A DNA stretch of 64,000 bases. It comes from an uncultured Bacteroidota bacterium (lineage in GTDB: Bacteria; Bacteroidota; Bacteroidia; Flavobacteriales; Flavobacteriaceae). The translations under genes and the position numbers were made by a program. Every line of letters begins with the position of its first letter. Position 1 is the stretch's first letter. The notes under the pieces are model-generated. The model was given only the letters and a program-made list of their open reading frames with translations. It made no database searches and had not been told where the DNA came from. The stretch is from NCBI GenBank assembly GCA_902510655.1, contig CABXBY010000001.1, positions 29,398 to 93,397 of the forward strand. The letters run 5' to 3'. Of this stretch, positions 34,334-44,275 are shown one piece after another.

Positions 34334-35309
34334 AATTAAAGTAGGTATTGTTGGAGCATCTGGATACACTGGAGGAGAACTTTTAAGACTGTTAGTTAAT
34401 CATGAAGGTGTTGAGATAGTATTTGCTTACAGCAAAACTAACACTGGTAAATTAGTTAGTGATATTTACACTGATTTAATTGATGAAGTTAATATTGAGT
34501 TTACTAATACAATTAAAGAAAGTGATGTAATTTTTCTTTGTCTGGGTCATGGAAAATCGTATAATTTTTTATTAAAAAATTCAATTAATCAAAAAACTAA
34601 AATCATTGATTTAAGTCAAGATTTTAGATTAGAGAAATCTATTACAATAGGAAACAATACAAGAAAATTCACTTATGGGTTACCCGAACTACAAAAAAAT
34701 CTAATTAAAACCTCAAAAAATATAGCAAACCCGGGCTGTTTTGCCACAGCACTACAATTAGCTTTATTACCTTCAATTAATTCAAACATTATAAACGGCG
34801 AAATACATTCAAACGCAATAACTGGTAGTACTGGAGCAGGAATAATACCAACTAACACTACTCATTTCAGTTGGAGAAATAACAATGTGTCGTCTTATAA
34901 AGAATTTAATCATCAACATCTTGATGAAATTAAATATTCATTTAATAAAAAATCAATAAATAAATACAATATAAATTTTATCCCTGTTAGAGGATGCTTC
35001 ACAAGAGGTATTTTTTCAACAAGTTATTTTAATTGTGAATATGAAATAAATGATATTAAAGAAATTTACAAGCAATTTTATCACGATCATCCCTTTGTAA
35101 TCATTTCTGAAAATGAAATCAATTTAAAACAAGTAATTAATACTAATAAGTGTATTCTTCATCTTTCATTTTTAAATGGAAAATTAATAATTACTTCAAT
35201 CATCGATAATTTATTAAAAGGCGCTTCAGGACAAGCTATTCAAAATATGAATTTAATGTTTGGATTAAATGAAAATGAGGGTTTAAAACTAAAATCATCA
35301 ATTTTTTAA
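34317..35309 (+). CDS. argC: N-acyl-gamma-glutamyl-phosphate reductase
   Basis: GASGYTGGEL, IANPGCFAT, GSTGAG, IDNLLKGASGQA. Confidence 0.96.
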   Translation: MSTKNKIKVGIVGASGYTGGELLRLLVNHEGVEIVFAYSKTNTGKLVSDIYTDLIDEVNIEFTNTIKESDVIFLCLGHGKSYNFLLKNSINQKTKIIDLSQDFRLEKSITIGNNTRKFTYGLPELQKNLIKTSKNIANPGCFATALQLALLPSINSNIINGEIHSNAITGSTGAGIIPTNTTHFSWRNNNVSSYKEFNHQHLDEIKYSFNKKSINKYNINFIPVRGCFTRGIFSTSYFNCEYEINDIKEIYKQFYHDHPFVIISENEINLKQVINTNKCILHLSFLNGKLIITSIIDNLLKGASGQAIQNMNLMFGLNENEGLKLKSSIF

Positions 35310-35321
35310 AAAAAATTTAAA

Positions 35322-36116
35322 ATGAAAATAGCAATTATAGGAGCAGGAAATTTAGGAAGCAGTATCGCTGATGGGTTGTATATCAATAATATGATTACTG
35401 AATTATACTTAACTAAAAATAATTTATCCACACTTACAAAATGGAAAAAAATCCCAAATGTTTCTGTTTCATCTAACAATGTTGAAGCTGTAAATAGTTC
35501 TGATATAATTATTCTTTGTGTCCAACCTTCACAGTTTAAAAACCTTTCTAATGACTTAAAAAAGCATATAAAAGAAAAACATACTATTATATCAACTATT
35601 ACTGGTTTAACCTTAGGTATTCTTGAAAGTACTTTTGGAATAAACAGAAATATTGTGAGAGCTATGCCAAATACTGCAATTTCCGTTGGAAAATCAACAA
35701 CATGTTTGTGCAGCAACTCATTTGGTAAAACAAAATTAAATTTAGCACAATCCATATTTAACAATCTTGGTGAAAGTTTCATCGTAAAAGAGAAAAACAT
35801 GCAAGCTGCAACTGTACTTTGTGCTAGTGGAATTGCATTTTGGATGAGATTAATAAGGTCTACAGCACAGGGAGGAGTTCAATTAGGATTTGAAAGTAGT
35901 GAATCATTAAATATGTCAATTTCAACAGCATTAGGTGCAGTTTCATTATTAATGAAAAACAACAGTCACCCAGAAGAGGAAATAGACAAAGTTACCACAC
36001 CTAGTGGATGTACTATTAAAGGATTGATAGAAATGGAGCATCATGGATTAAGTTCAGCCTTAATTAATGGTTTAATATCATCATTCGAAAAAATAAATCA
36101 AATATCATTAAAATGA
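35322..36116 (+). CDS. proC: Pyrroline-5-carboxylate reductase
   Basis: IGAGNLG, VRAMPNT, VTTPSGCTI. Confidence 0.94.
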   Translation: MKIAIIGAGNLGSSIADGLYINNMITELYLTKNNLSTLTKWKKIPNVSVSSNNVEAVNSSDIIILCVQPSQFKNLSNDLKKHIKEKHTIISTITGLTLGILESTFGINRNIVRAMPNTAISVGKSTTCLCSNSFGKTKLNLAQSIFNNLGESFIVKEKNMQAATVLCASGIAFWMRLIRSTAQGGVQLGFESSESLNMSISTALGAVSLLMKNNSHPEEEIDKVTTPSGCTIKGLIEMEHHGLSSALINGLISSFEKINQISLK

Positions 36117-37240
36117 GTTTATTCAATGTTTACCCTTTGTATCAAATGACACCATCTCATGCTAAGATGTGTTATGTATATGAAAAAAATGGAACAAAAT
36201 ATTTGGATCTGTATGGCGGTCATGCAGTGATATCAATAGGACACAGTCATCCAACTTATGTTAAGGCATTAACAAATCAGCTAAACAATATTGGGTTTTA
36301 CTCAAATTATATAATAAATGAATTACAACAAAGTGTTGCTAATGAAATAAAAATTCAATCCAAGTGTAATAACTATAATCTTTTTATGACTAATAGTGGC
36401 GCAGAATCAAATGAAAATGCACTTCAAGTTGCATCATTTTACACTAAAAAATCTAGAATAATAGCATTCAAAAATTCTTTTCATGGAAGAAGTAACGCAG
36501 CATTAAGTATTACTGACAATCCTAATATTAAATCAAAGATGAATGAGAAAATAAATGTAACATTTCTTGATTTTAACGATAAAAATAATTTCAATAAAGA
36601 AATTTCTAAAGGAGATGTAAGTTCGGTAATATTTGAGTCAATTCAAGGTGTTGGAGGATTAGATGAACCAGAAACTGAATTTGTAAAATACATTTCGAAA
36701 CAATGTAAAAAATACAATACTTGTCTAATAGCAGATGAAGTTCAATCTGGATTTGGAAGAACCGGAGATTTCTTTGCGTTTCAAAAGCATGATATTGATC
36801 CTGATATAATTTGTATTGCCAAAGGAATGGGTAATGGATTTCCTGTTGGTGGAATTTTAATTAAAGATCATATAAAATCAAAATATGGTATGCTAGGAAC
36901 AACATTTGGAGGAAATCATTTAGCTTGTACTGCAGTTTTAGCAGTACTAAGTACTATCAAAAAGGAAAAATTATTACAAAATTCCAAGTCATTAGAAAAT
37001 TATTTTAGAGAAAAAATTTCATTAATTAAATCAGTAAAAAAAATTAAAGGAAGAGGGCTTATGTTGGGTTTAGAATTTGATTTCGAAGCTTCTGAGTTAA
37101 GAAAGAATTTAATTTTTAAACATAAAATTTTCACTGGAGGAAGTGCAAATAAGAATTTATTAAGAATTCTTCCTCCGTTGAATATTCAAAAAAAGCATAT
37201 AGATAAACTTTACAATGCATTAAAAATAGAATTATCATGA
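36113..37240 (+). CDS. argD: Acyl-ornithine aminotransferase
   Basis: YLDLYGGHAV, NSGAESNE, FHGRS, DEVQSGFGRTG, AKGMGNGFP. Confidence 0.93.
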   Translation: MSLFNVYPLYQMTPSHAKMCYVYEKNGTKYLDLYGGHAVISIGHSHPTYVKALTNQLNNIGFYSNYIINELQQSVANEIKIQSKCNNYNLFMTNSGAESNENALQVASFYTKKSRIIAFKNSFHGRSNAALSITDNPNIKSKMNEKINVTFLDFNDKNNFNKEISKGDVSSVIFESIQGVGGLDEPETEFVKYISKQCKKYNTCLIADEVQSGFGRTGDFFAFQKHDIDPDIICIAKGMGNGFPVGGILIKDHIKSKYGMLGTTFGGNHLACTAVLAVLSTIKKEKLLQNSKSLENYFREKISLIKSVKKIKGRGLMLGLEFDFEASELRKNLIFKHKIFTGGSANKNLLRILPPLNIQKKHIDKLYNALKIELS

Positions 37241-38187
37241 AAAACTTTTTAAACTCAGATGATATAATTAATTATCAGTATTTATTGAACGAAATTAATA
37301 AACTTAAAAATGATAAGTCAGACATAAGTCATATTGGAAAAAATAAAGTTATGGGTCTTTTATTTTTTAATCCAAGTCTTAGAACCAGGTTAAGTACTCA
37401 AAAGGCAGCAATGAATCTTGGATTTAAATCCATTATAATGAACTTTAAGGATGATGGATGGCAACTTGAATTTGATGAGAATATTATTATGTCAGGAAAT
37501 AAAGCAGAGCATGTAAAAGATGCAGCTAAAGTAATATCTCAATATTGTGATATTTTGGGAATTAGGGCGTTTGCTGAACTGAAAGACAAAGAAATTGATA
37601 ACAGTGATAAAATAATTAATTCTTTTGTTAAATACGCAACTATTCCCATTTTAAACTTAGAAAGTTCAATAGCACATCCTCTTCAAGCACTTGCTGATGC
37701 TGCTACGATTAATGAAAATATAAATTCAAACAATCCTAAAATAGTTTTATCATGGGCACCTCATCCAAAGCCTCTTCCACATGCTGTAGCTAACTCATTT
37801 ATAAATATGTGTAAAATCAACAACTATGACTTAACTATTACAAATCCCAAAGGATATGATTTAAGTAAAAAAATTACAGAGGGGATTCAAATTATAAACA
37901 ATCAAGAATTAGCTTTTGAAAATGCTGATTTTATTTACGCTAAAAATTGGTCTAGTTATGACCAATATGGTAAAGTACTTTTAAATGATGATTCATGGTT
38001 AATAAATGAAAATAAAATGAAATTAACTAACAATGCTTTTTTCATGCATTGTCTTCCAGTAAGAAGAAATGTAGTGGTAACAGATTCAGTGTTAGACTCA
38101 AATAGATCACTTGTTATACAACAGGCTAATAATAGAACATATGCAACTCAAACTATATTAAAAGAATTAATAAGTAATGAAAAATAA
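37237..38187 (+). CDS. argF: N-acylornithine (probably N-succinylornithine) carbamoyltransferase, ArgF'
   Basis: SLRTRLS, AEHVKD, HPLQALAD, WAPHPKPLP, HCLPVRRN. Confidence 0.92.
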   Translation: MKNFLNSDDIINYQYLLNEINKLKNDKSDISHIGKNKVMGLLFFNPSLRTRLSTQKAAMNLGFKSIIMNFKDDGWQLEFDENIIMSGNKAEHVKDAAKVISQYCDILGIRAFAELKDKEIDNSDKIINSFVKYATIPILNLESSIAHPLQALADAATINENINSNNPKIVLSWAPHPKPLPHAVANSFINMCKINNYDLTITNPKGYDLSKKITEGIQIINNQELAFENADFIYAKNWSSYDQYGKVLLNDDSWLINENKMKLTNNAFFMHCLPVRRNVVVTDSVLDSNRSLVIQQANNRTYATQTILKELISNEK

Positions 38188-38953
38188 ATTAACAATTATA
38201 AAAGTTGGAGGAGGAATATTAAATGAAAGAAAATTATTTGAAATTTTTCTAGAAAATTATTCAAAAATTAAGGGATTAAAATTATTAATTCATGGTGGAG
38301 GTGTTATTGCCTCTAGTTATATGATTAGACTTGGAATTCCAGTCAAAATGAATAAAGGAAGAAGAATAACAGATTCAAACACATTAGATATTGCTGTAAT
38401 GACTTATGCTGGACTTATAAATAAAAATATAGTTTCAATTCTTCAAAAGTTCAATTGTAATGCTATTGGTCTTTGTGGTGCAGATGCAAATTTGATTACA
38501 TCAAAAATTAGAGAGATTAAAGAAATTGATTATGGATTAGTTGGAGATATTATAAGTGTAAATGATAATTTTATTAATCAATTATTGAAATTAAAAATTT
38601 CTCCAATTATTTGTTCTTTAACTCATAACGGATATGGTCAATTACTAAATACTAATGCAGATAGTATTGCATCTGAAATTTCAATAAAACTATCTAAAAA
38701 TTACGATGTGACTTTAAAGTATTGTTTTGATAAACCTGGTGTTTTAATTGATAAAAATGACAATTTAAGTTTAAAAAAAACAATTAGTAAAACTGATTAT
38801 AAGCAGCTTGTTAATAATAAAATTATTTCTGATGGAATGGTGCCTAAAATTGAAAATTGCTTTTATGCATTAGAAAATGGTGTAAATAATGTTTTTATTG
38901 GAGATCACGATATAATAAAAACAACAGATGATTGTTCTAAAATAATTTTATAA
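38177..38953 (+). CDS. argB: Acyl-glutamate kinase
   Basis: KVGG, HGGG, GRRITD, LLNTNAD, GMVPK. Confidence 0.95.
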   Translation: MKNKLTIIKVGGGILNERKLFEIFLENYSKIKGLKLLIHGGGVIASSYMIRLGIPVKMNKGRRITDSNTLDIAVMTYAGLINKNIVSILQKFNCNAIGLCGADANLITSKIREIKEIDYGLVGDIISVNDNFINQLLKLKISPIICSLTHNGYGQLLNTNADSIASEISIKLSKNYDVTLKYCFDKPGVLIDKNDNLSLKKTISKTDYKQLVNNKIISDGMVPKIENCFYALENGVNNVFIGDHDIIKTTDDCSKIIL

Positions 38954-40008
38954 TGAATGAGTTAACAACAAATGCAATTAAGCTATTAGAGGATTTAATA
39001 AAAATTGAATCATATTCTTTCAATGAAATTAAAACAGGCAACAGAATAGAAAAATGGTTCAAATCACATGGAATTGAATTTAAAAGAAATCAAAATAACG
39101 TATATGCTTTCAATAAATTTTATGACTCTAACAAACCCACGATACTACTTAATTCTCACCATGACACAGTCAAACCTAATAAAGGATATAAAAATGATCC
39201 TTTTGAAAGCAAGATAGAAAATGGTAAGCTATACGGGCTTGGAAGTAATGATGCTGGCGGAGCTTTAGTTTCATTAATTGCAGTTTTCACCTATTATTAT
39301 AATAAAAAAGATTTAAAATATAATTTAATAATTCTTGCTTCAGCTGAGGAAGAATGTTCAGGTGAAAATGGAATTGCTTCAATTATTCCAATTCTTCCAA
39401 AAATTGATTTTGCAATAATTGGTGAACCAACATTGATGAAAATGGCTATTGCTGAGAGAGGGTTAATTGTATTTGACATTAAAATTAGAGGAACATCAAG
39501 TCATGCAGCACACATAAATGATGATAATCCAATTATTAAATCAATAGAAGTACTTAAATGGATTGATAATTTAAAATTTGAAAAAAAATCTAAATTTTTA
39601 GGAAATGTAAAAGCTACAGTAACTCAAATACAATCTGGGAATCAGCACAATGTCGTTCCTTCAGAGCTAAAAATAGTTTTAGATGTTAGAGTAAATGATT
39701 GTTACACAAATCAAGAGATATATGACATTTTAAAAAAAGATTCACCATGTGAAATTACACCTAGATCATTAAATCTTAATTCCTCATCAATTTCTACTGA
39801 TCATGCAATTGTTTCAGCAGCTAATAAATTAGGAGTTCAAAAATACGGCTCACCTACTCTATCAGATCAATCTAAAATTTCGTTTCCATCGATAAAAATG
39901 GGTCCTGGTGATTCTTTAAGGTCACACAGTGCTGATGAATACATATATGTTGATGAAATTAAAAATGCAATACCATTATACATTCAACTTTTAAATAAAA
40001 TAATTTAA
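38953..40008 (+). CDS. argE: M20 family acyl-citrulline/ornithine deacylase
   Basis: NSHHDTV, GLGSNDAGG, AEEE, GEPT, RSHSADE; located in the arg operon. Confidence 0.88.
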   Translation: MNELTTNAIKLLEDLIKIESYSFNEIKTGNRIEKWFKSHGIEFKRNQNNVYAFNKFYDSNKPTILLNSHHDTVKPNKGYKNDPFESKIENGKLYGLGSNDAGGALVSLIAVFTYYYNKKDLKYNLIILASAEEECSGENGIASIIPILPKIDFAIIGEPTLMKMAIAERGLIVFDIKIRGTSSHAAHINDDNPIIKSIEVLKWIDNLKFEKKSKFLGNVKATVTQIQSGNQHNVVPSELKIVLDVRVNDCYTNQEIYDILKKDSPCEITPRSLNLNSSSISTDHAIVSAANKLGVQKYGSPTLSDQSKISFPSIKMGPGDSLRSHSADEYIYVDEIKNAIPLYIQLLNKII

Positions 40009-40010
40009 TC

Positions 40011-41294
40011 ATGAAACTCTGGAACAAAGAAGATAATTTAAATATTAAAATTGAAAAATTTACTGTTGGTAAAGACAGGTACTATGATCTTTACTTAGCT
40101 GAATACGATATTAGGGCTACTATTGCACATGCAAAAATGTTACATAATATTAAAATTATAACTCATTATGAACTTGATAAAATTATATCAGAATTAGAAA
40201 AAATTGATAATGATATTAAAATAGGACAATTTACTATTGAAGAGGATTATGAGGACGTTCATTCAAAAATAGAATCAATACTTGTTGAAAAATTAGGAAA
40301 AATTGGAAAGAAAATTCATACTGGAAGATCTAGAAATGATCAAGTATTAGTTGCAACACAACTTTATTTGAAAAATGAAATATTTGAAATAAAACTATTA
40401 ACAAAAAGTTTATTTAGTACATTAATTGAATTAGCAAAAAAAAATAAAAACCTTTTACTTCCTGGATACACTCATTTACAAGTGGCTATGCCCTCATCTT
40501 TTGGTTTATGGTTCTCCTCATACGCAGAATCATTGATTGATGACATTTTTTATTTAAATACTGCATTTAAAATTAATGATCAAAATCCTCTTGGGAGTGC
40601 TGCAGGATATGGAAGTTCATTTAAAATAGACAGAGATTTTACAACTAAAGAATTAGGTTTTAATGAATTAAAATACAATGTAATATCTTCTCAAATGAAC
40701 AGAGGAAAAGTTGAAAAATCCGTTGCTATTGCTATAGGTTCTTTAGCTAGTACATTATCAAAGTTTTCAGCTGATATTTGTTTTTATATGACTCAAGAAT
40801 TAAATTTTATATCATTTCCAGATGAAATCACAACTGGTTCAAGTATAATGCCCCATAAAAAAAACCCTGATGTATTTGAACTAATAAGAGGCAAGTGTAA
40901 TATCATACAATCTCTAATAAGTGAATTTAATTCTATTTCTATAAATCTTACAAGTGGATATCACAGAGATTTACAATTGTATAAAGGAAAAGTAATTGAG
41001 TCCATCATTGATATTAAAAACTGCTTAGAAATATTTAACTATTCAATAAATAAAATCAGAATCAGAAAAAATATTTTAGATGATGATAAATACAAATATG
41101 TATTTTCAGTTGAAAATTTAAATGAACTAGTTAATAGTGGCTATTCTTTCAGGGATGCATATTTAAAAATATCCGATGATATTAAAACTGATAACTTTAT
41201 CCCAAAAAAAGATTTTAATCATTCCTTAAAAGGTAGTATTGGTAATCTTTGTTTGAAAGAAATAGAAATAAAAATGAAAAAGGCACTAAATTAA
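40011..41294 (+). CDS. argH: Argininosuccinate lyase
   Basis: HTGRSRNDQ, PGYTHLQ, GSSIMPHKKNPD. Confidence 0.97.
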   Translation: MKLWNKEDNLNIKIEKFTVGKDRYYDLYLAEYDIRATIAHAKMLHNIKIITHYELDKIISELEKIDNDIKIGQFTIEEDYEDVHSKIESILVEKLGKIGKKIHTGRSRNDQVLVATQLYLKNEIFEIKLLTKSLFSTLIELAKKNKNLLLPGYTHLQVAMPSSFGLWFSSYAESLIDDIFYLNTAFKINDQNPLGSAAGYGSSFKIDRDFTTKELGFNELKYNVISSQMNRGKVEKSVAIAIGSLASTLSKFSADICFYMTQELNFISFPDEITTGSSIMPHKKNPDVFELIRGKCNIIQSLISEFNSISINLTSGYHRDLQLYKGKVIESIIDIKNCLEIFNYSINKIRIRKNILDDDKYKYVFSVENLNELVNSGYSFRDAYLKISDDIKTDNFIPKKDFNHSLKGSIGNLCLKEIEIKMKKALN

Positions 41295-42688
41295 ATATGT
41301 AAAGCTCTATCTTCTGTAGCTGCTAATGCTGCTTCTTTAATAGCTTCAGCATAAGTCGGATGAGAATGACTCATTCTAGAAATATCTTCTGCAGAGGCTC
41401 TAAATTCCATTGCGGTTACAGCTTCTGCAATTAAATCAGCAGCTCTAGCACCAATAATGTGTACACCAAGAATTTCATCGGTTTTTTTATCTGCTAAAAT
41501 CTTTACAAAACCATCAATATCCATACTTGCTCTTGCCCTACCTAATGCTCTCATAGGAAATTGCCCAGTTTTAAAGTCAATTCCTTCACTTTTCAATTGT
41601 TCTTGAGTTTTACCAACAGATGCTACTTCAGGCCAAGTATATATAACGTTTGGAATTAAATTGTAATTAATATGAGGCTTTTGTTTTGCTAATATTTCAG
41701 CTACTAAAACTCCTTCTTCCTCAGCCTTGTGAGCTAACATAGGACCTTTAATAACATCTCCAATGGCATATATATTTTCAATGTTAGTTTGAAGTTTATC
41801 ATTTACTTCAATTTGACCTTTATCATTTGTATTAATTCCAACAGAACTGAGATTTAGTCCTTTTGTGTAAGGTTTTCTGCCAACAGAAACAAGACAATAA
41901 TCTCCTTCAAAATTAACATTTGAACCGTTTGAATCTTCAGCAGTCACATTAATAGTGTTGTTTTCAGATTTTACTGAGGTTACTTTATGAGATAAATAAA
42001 ATTTAATTTTTTGCTTCTTAAATATTCTTAATAATTCTTTAGAAATAGCACCATCCATAAAAGGAGTTATTTTGTCAGAATACTCAATAACCGAAACCTC
42101 TGATCCTAACCTACTGTAAACCTGACCTAATTCAAGCCCTATTACACCTCCGCCTATAACAACTAATTTTTTTGGTATTTCTTTTAATTTCAAAGCTTCA
42201 GTCGAAGAGATAATTCTTTTCTTATCGATGTTTGCAAAAGGTAATGAAATTGGTTTAGATCCAGTAGCTATAATAGCGTTACTAAATTTTATTTTATCAG
42301 CACCTTCAATGTTAATGACTTGATTATTTTCAAAAGACCCAATACCGTTAAAAACTTTAATTTTGTTTTTAGACATTAGATAATCAATTCCTTTTGTAGT
42401 CTGATCTACAACTAAATTTTTTCTAGAAATCATTTTATTTAAATCCACTTTAATTGAACCTTCAATTTCAATACCGTGGGTTGAAAAATTATGAATAGCT
42501 TCATGATAATGGTGAGAAGAATCTAATAATGATTTGGATGGAATACATCCAACGTTTAGACAGGTACCGCCTAATGTATTATACTTCTCAATAATAGCTG
42601 TTTTCATACCTAATTGTGCGCATCTTATAGCGCAAACATATCCACCGGGTCCTGAACCTATTACAACAACATCAAAATGTTCCATCAT
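41291..42688 (-). CDS. lpdA: Dihydrolipoyl dehydrogenase
   Basis: GSGPGGY, GGTCLNVGCIPSK, MLAHKA, HPTYAE. Confidence 0.97.
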   Translation of the reverse strand: MMEHFDVVVIGSGPGGYVCAIRCAQLGMKTAIIEKYNTLGGTCLNVGCIPSKSLLDSSHHYHEAIHNFSTHGIEIEGSIKVDLNKMISRKNLVVDQTTKGIDYLMSKNKIKVFNGIGSFENNQVINIEGADKIKFSNAIIATGSKPISLPFANIDKKRIISSTEALKLKEIPKKLVVIGGGVIGLELGQVYSRLGSEVSVIEYSDKITPFMDGAISKELLRIFKKQKIKFYLSHKVTSVKSENNTINVTAEDSNGSNVNFEGDYCLVSVGRKPYTKGLNLSSVGINTNDKGQIEVNDKLQTNIENIYAIGDVIKGPMLAHKAEEEGVLVAEILAKQKPHINYNLIPNVIYTWPEVASVGKTQEQLKSEGIDFKTGQFPMRALGRARASMDIDGFVKILADKKTDEILGVHIIGARAADLIAEAVTAMEFRASAEDISRMSHSHPTYAEAIKEAALAATEDRALHI

Positions 42689-42770
42689 TTTTTTTTCAAA
42701 AATACAAATGTTTTAATTTATTTCATAAATCAATCACGTTTTTAATTGAACTAAATTATATATTAGCTAG

Positions 42771-44234
42771 ATGACAAAAACAGGAGAAAAAAATCAGAAA
42801 AAAGTAAGTTTATCATTAAATGAGTCATTATTTCCAATAGTACTTTTAATAATATTTTTATCATTTAATGTTTATGTTTATGGAGATGATGCCATGGGAG
42901 GTTCAAATCAATTTATACTTCTACTTGGGGCTGCAGCTGGAATCGGATTAGGTATTTTCAAAGGATTTAAGTTTAGTAACATGATGAGTCAAGTTGCCGA
43001 AAATTTAAAATCTGTAACTGGTGCAATAGTCATTTTACTTTTTGTTGGTGCATTATCTGGAACATGGTTAATAAGCGGTATTATACCCTCAATGATATAT
43101 TATGGTTTAAACATACTTCATCCATCAATTTTTCTTCCAGCATGTTTAGTTATCTGTGCAATTATTTCAATTGCGACTGGAAGTAGTTGGACAACATCTG
43201 CTACAGTTGGAATTGCGTTAATAGGCATTTCTAAGGCAATAGGAATACCTGTAGAAATGTCAGCTGGCGCAATTATATCAGGAGCTTATTTTGGAGATAA
43301 ATTGTCTCCGTTAAGTGACACAACAAATCTAGCCCCTGCAATATCTGGTTCTGATTTATTTACTCATATAAAATATTTAACAATAACTACAATTCCAACA
43401 ATAACAATTAGCCTTATAATATTTGTTATTTTAAACTTTTACATGATTTCTTCTGGACCAACAGATAATACTGTTTTGCTAGAAGCAATTAATCAAACTT
43501 TTAACATTACTCCTTTAATATTTATAGTACCATTTATTGTAATTGTTTTAATTATAAAAAAAACACCACCTATTATTGCTCTGTTTACTGGAACAATTTT
43601 AGGAGCAATATTTGCTCTTATTTTTCAACAAGATATTTTAACGCAATTATCAAATTCTAGTTCCTTAACATTTGAAGGTGCCTATAGTGCTATTATTAAT
43701 TCAATAACTGTAGATACAAATATTGAATCTGGAAATTCTGAACTAAATGATCTATTTAAAAGTGGAGGAATGCTTGGAATGATGAATACAATTTGGTTAG
43801 TAATTAGTGCAATGGTTTTTGGAGGAGTTATGGAATCAATTGGTGCTTTAAAAACTATAACAACATCGTTACTAAACTTAGGTAAATCAACTTTTTCATT
43901 ATTTGCAAGTACTGCTGGAAGCTGCTTAGCTATTAACCTAACAACATCAGATCAATATTTAGCTATCGTAATTCCAGGAAAAATGTTTGAAAAAGCATTT
44001 AAAGAAAAAAATTTAGCGCCTGAAAACTTAAGTAGAACCTTAGAAGATACTGGAACAGTAACATCAGTGTTAATACCATGGAATAGCTGTGGTGCTTATC
44101 AATCTGGAGTTTTAGGGGTAAGTGTCTTAGATTACTTCTTTTACGCTATATTTAATTGGTTAAGTTTCTTTATGACGTTAATAGTAGCAGGGTTAAATTA
44201 TAAAATAAAAAAACTTGAAATTAAGAAAGCTTAA
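42771..44234 (+). CDS. nhaC: Na+/H+ antiporter NhaC family
   Basis: TGSSWTT, GAYFGDKLSPLSDTTNLA, SRTLED, LIPWN; many hydrophobic segments. Confidence 0.92.
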   Translation: MTKTGEKNQKKVSLSLNESLFPIVLLIIFLSFNVYVYGDDAMGGSNQFILLLGAAAGIGLGIFKGFKFSNMMSQVAENLKSVTGAIVILLFVGALSGTWLISGIIPSMIYYGLNILHPSIFLPACLVICAIISIATGSSWTTSATVGIALIGISKAIGIPVEMSAGAIISGAYFGDKLSPLSDTTNLAPAISGSDLFTHIKYLTITTIPTITISLIIFVILNFYMISSGPTDNTVLLEAINQTFNITPLIFIVPFIVIVLIIKKTPPIIALFTGTILGAIFALIFQQDILTQLSNSSSLTFEGAYSAIINSITVDTNIESGNSELNDLFKSGGMLGMMNTIWLVISAMVFGGVMESIGALKTITTSLLNLGKSTFSLFASTAGSCLAINLTTSDQYLAIVIPGKMFEKAFKEKNLAPENLSRTLEDTGTVTSVLIPWNSCGAYQSGVLGVSVLDYFFYAIFNWLSFFMTLIVAGLNYKIKKLEIKKA

Positions 44235-44254
44235 TATTATTAATTATAAATATT

Positions 44255-44262
44255 TACTTTTG
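44255..44262 (+). promoter_or_regulatory. -7 promoter element (TACTTTTG) of ftsK
   Basis: TAnnTTTG consensus 13 bp before the start codon. Confidence 0.55.
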
Positions 44263-44275
44263 TTAAACACTTCTT

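Noticed and set aside
35306..35800. 164-aa antisense ORF, and similar shadow ORFs (e.g. 20054-20434, 48705-49085, 57220-57510, 9910-10179)
   Set aside because: They lie opposite well-supported genes and have no recognisable motifs.
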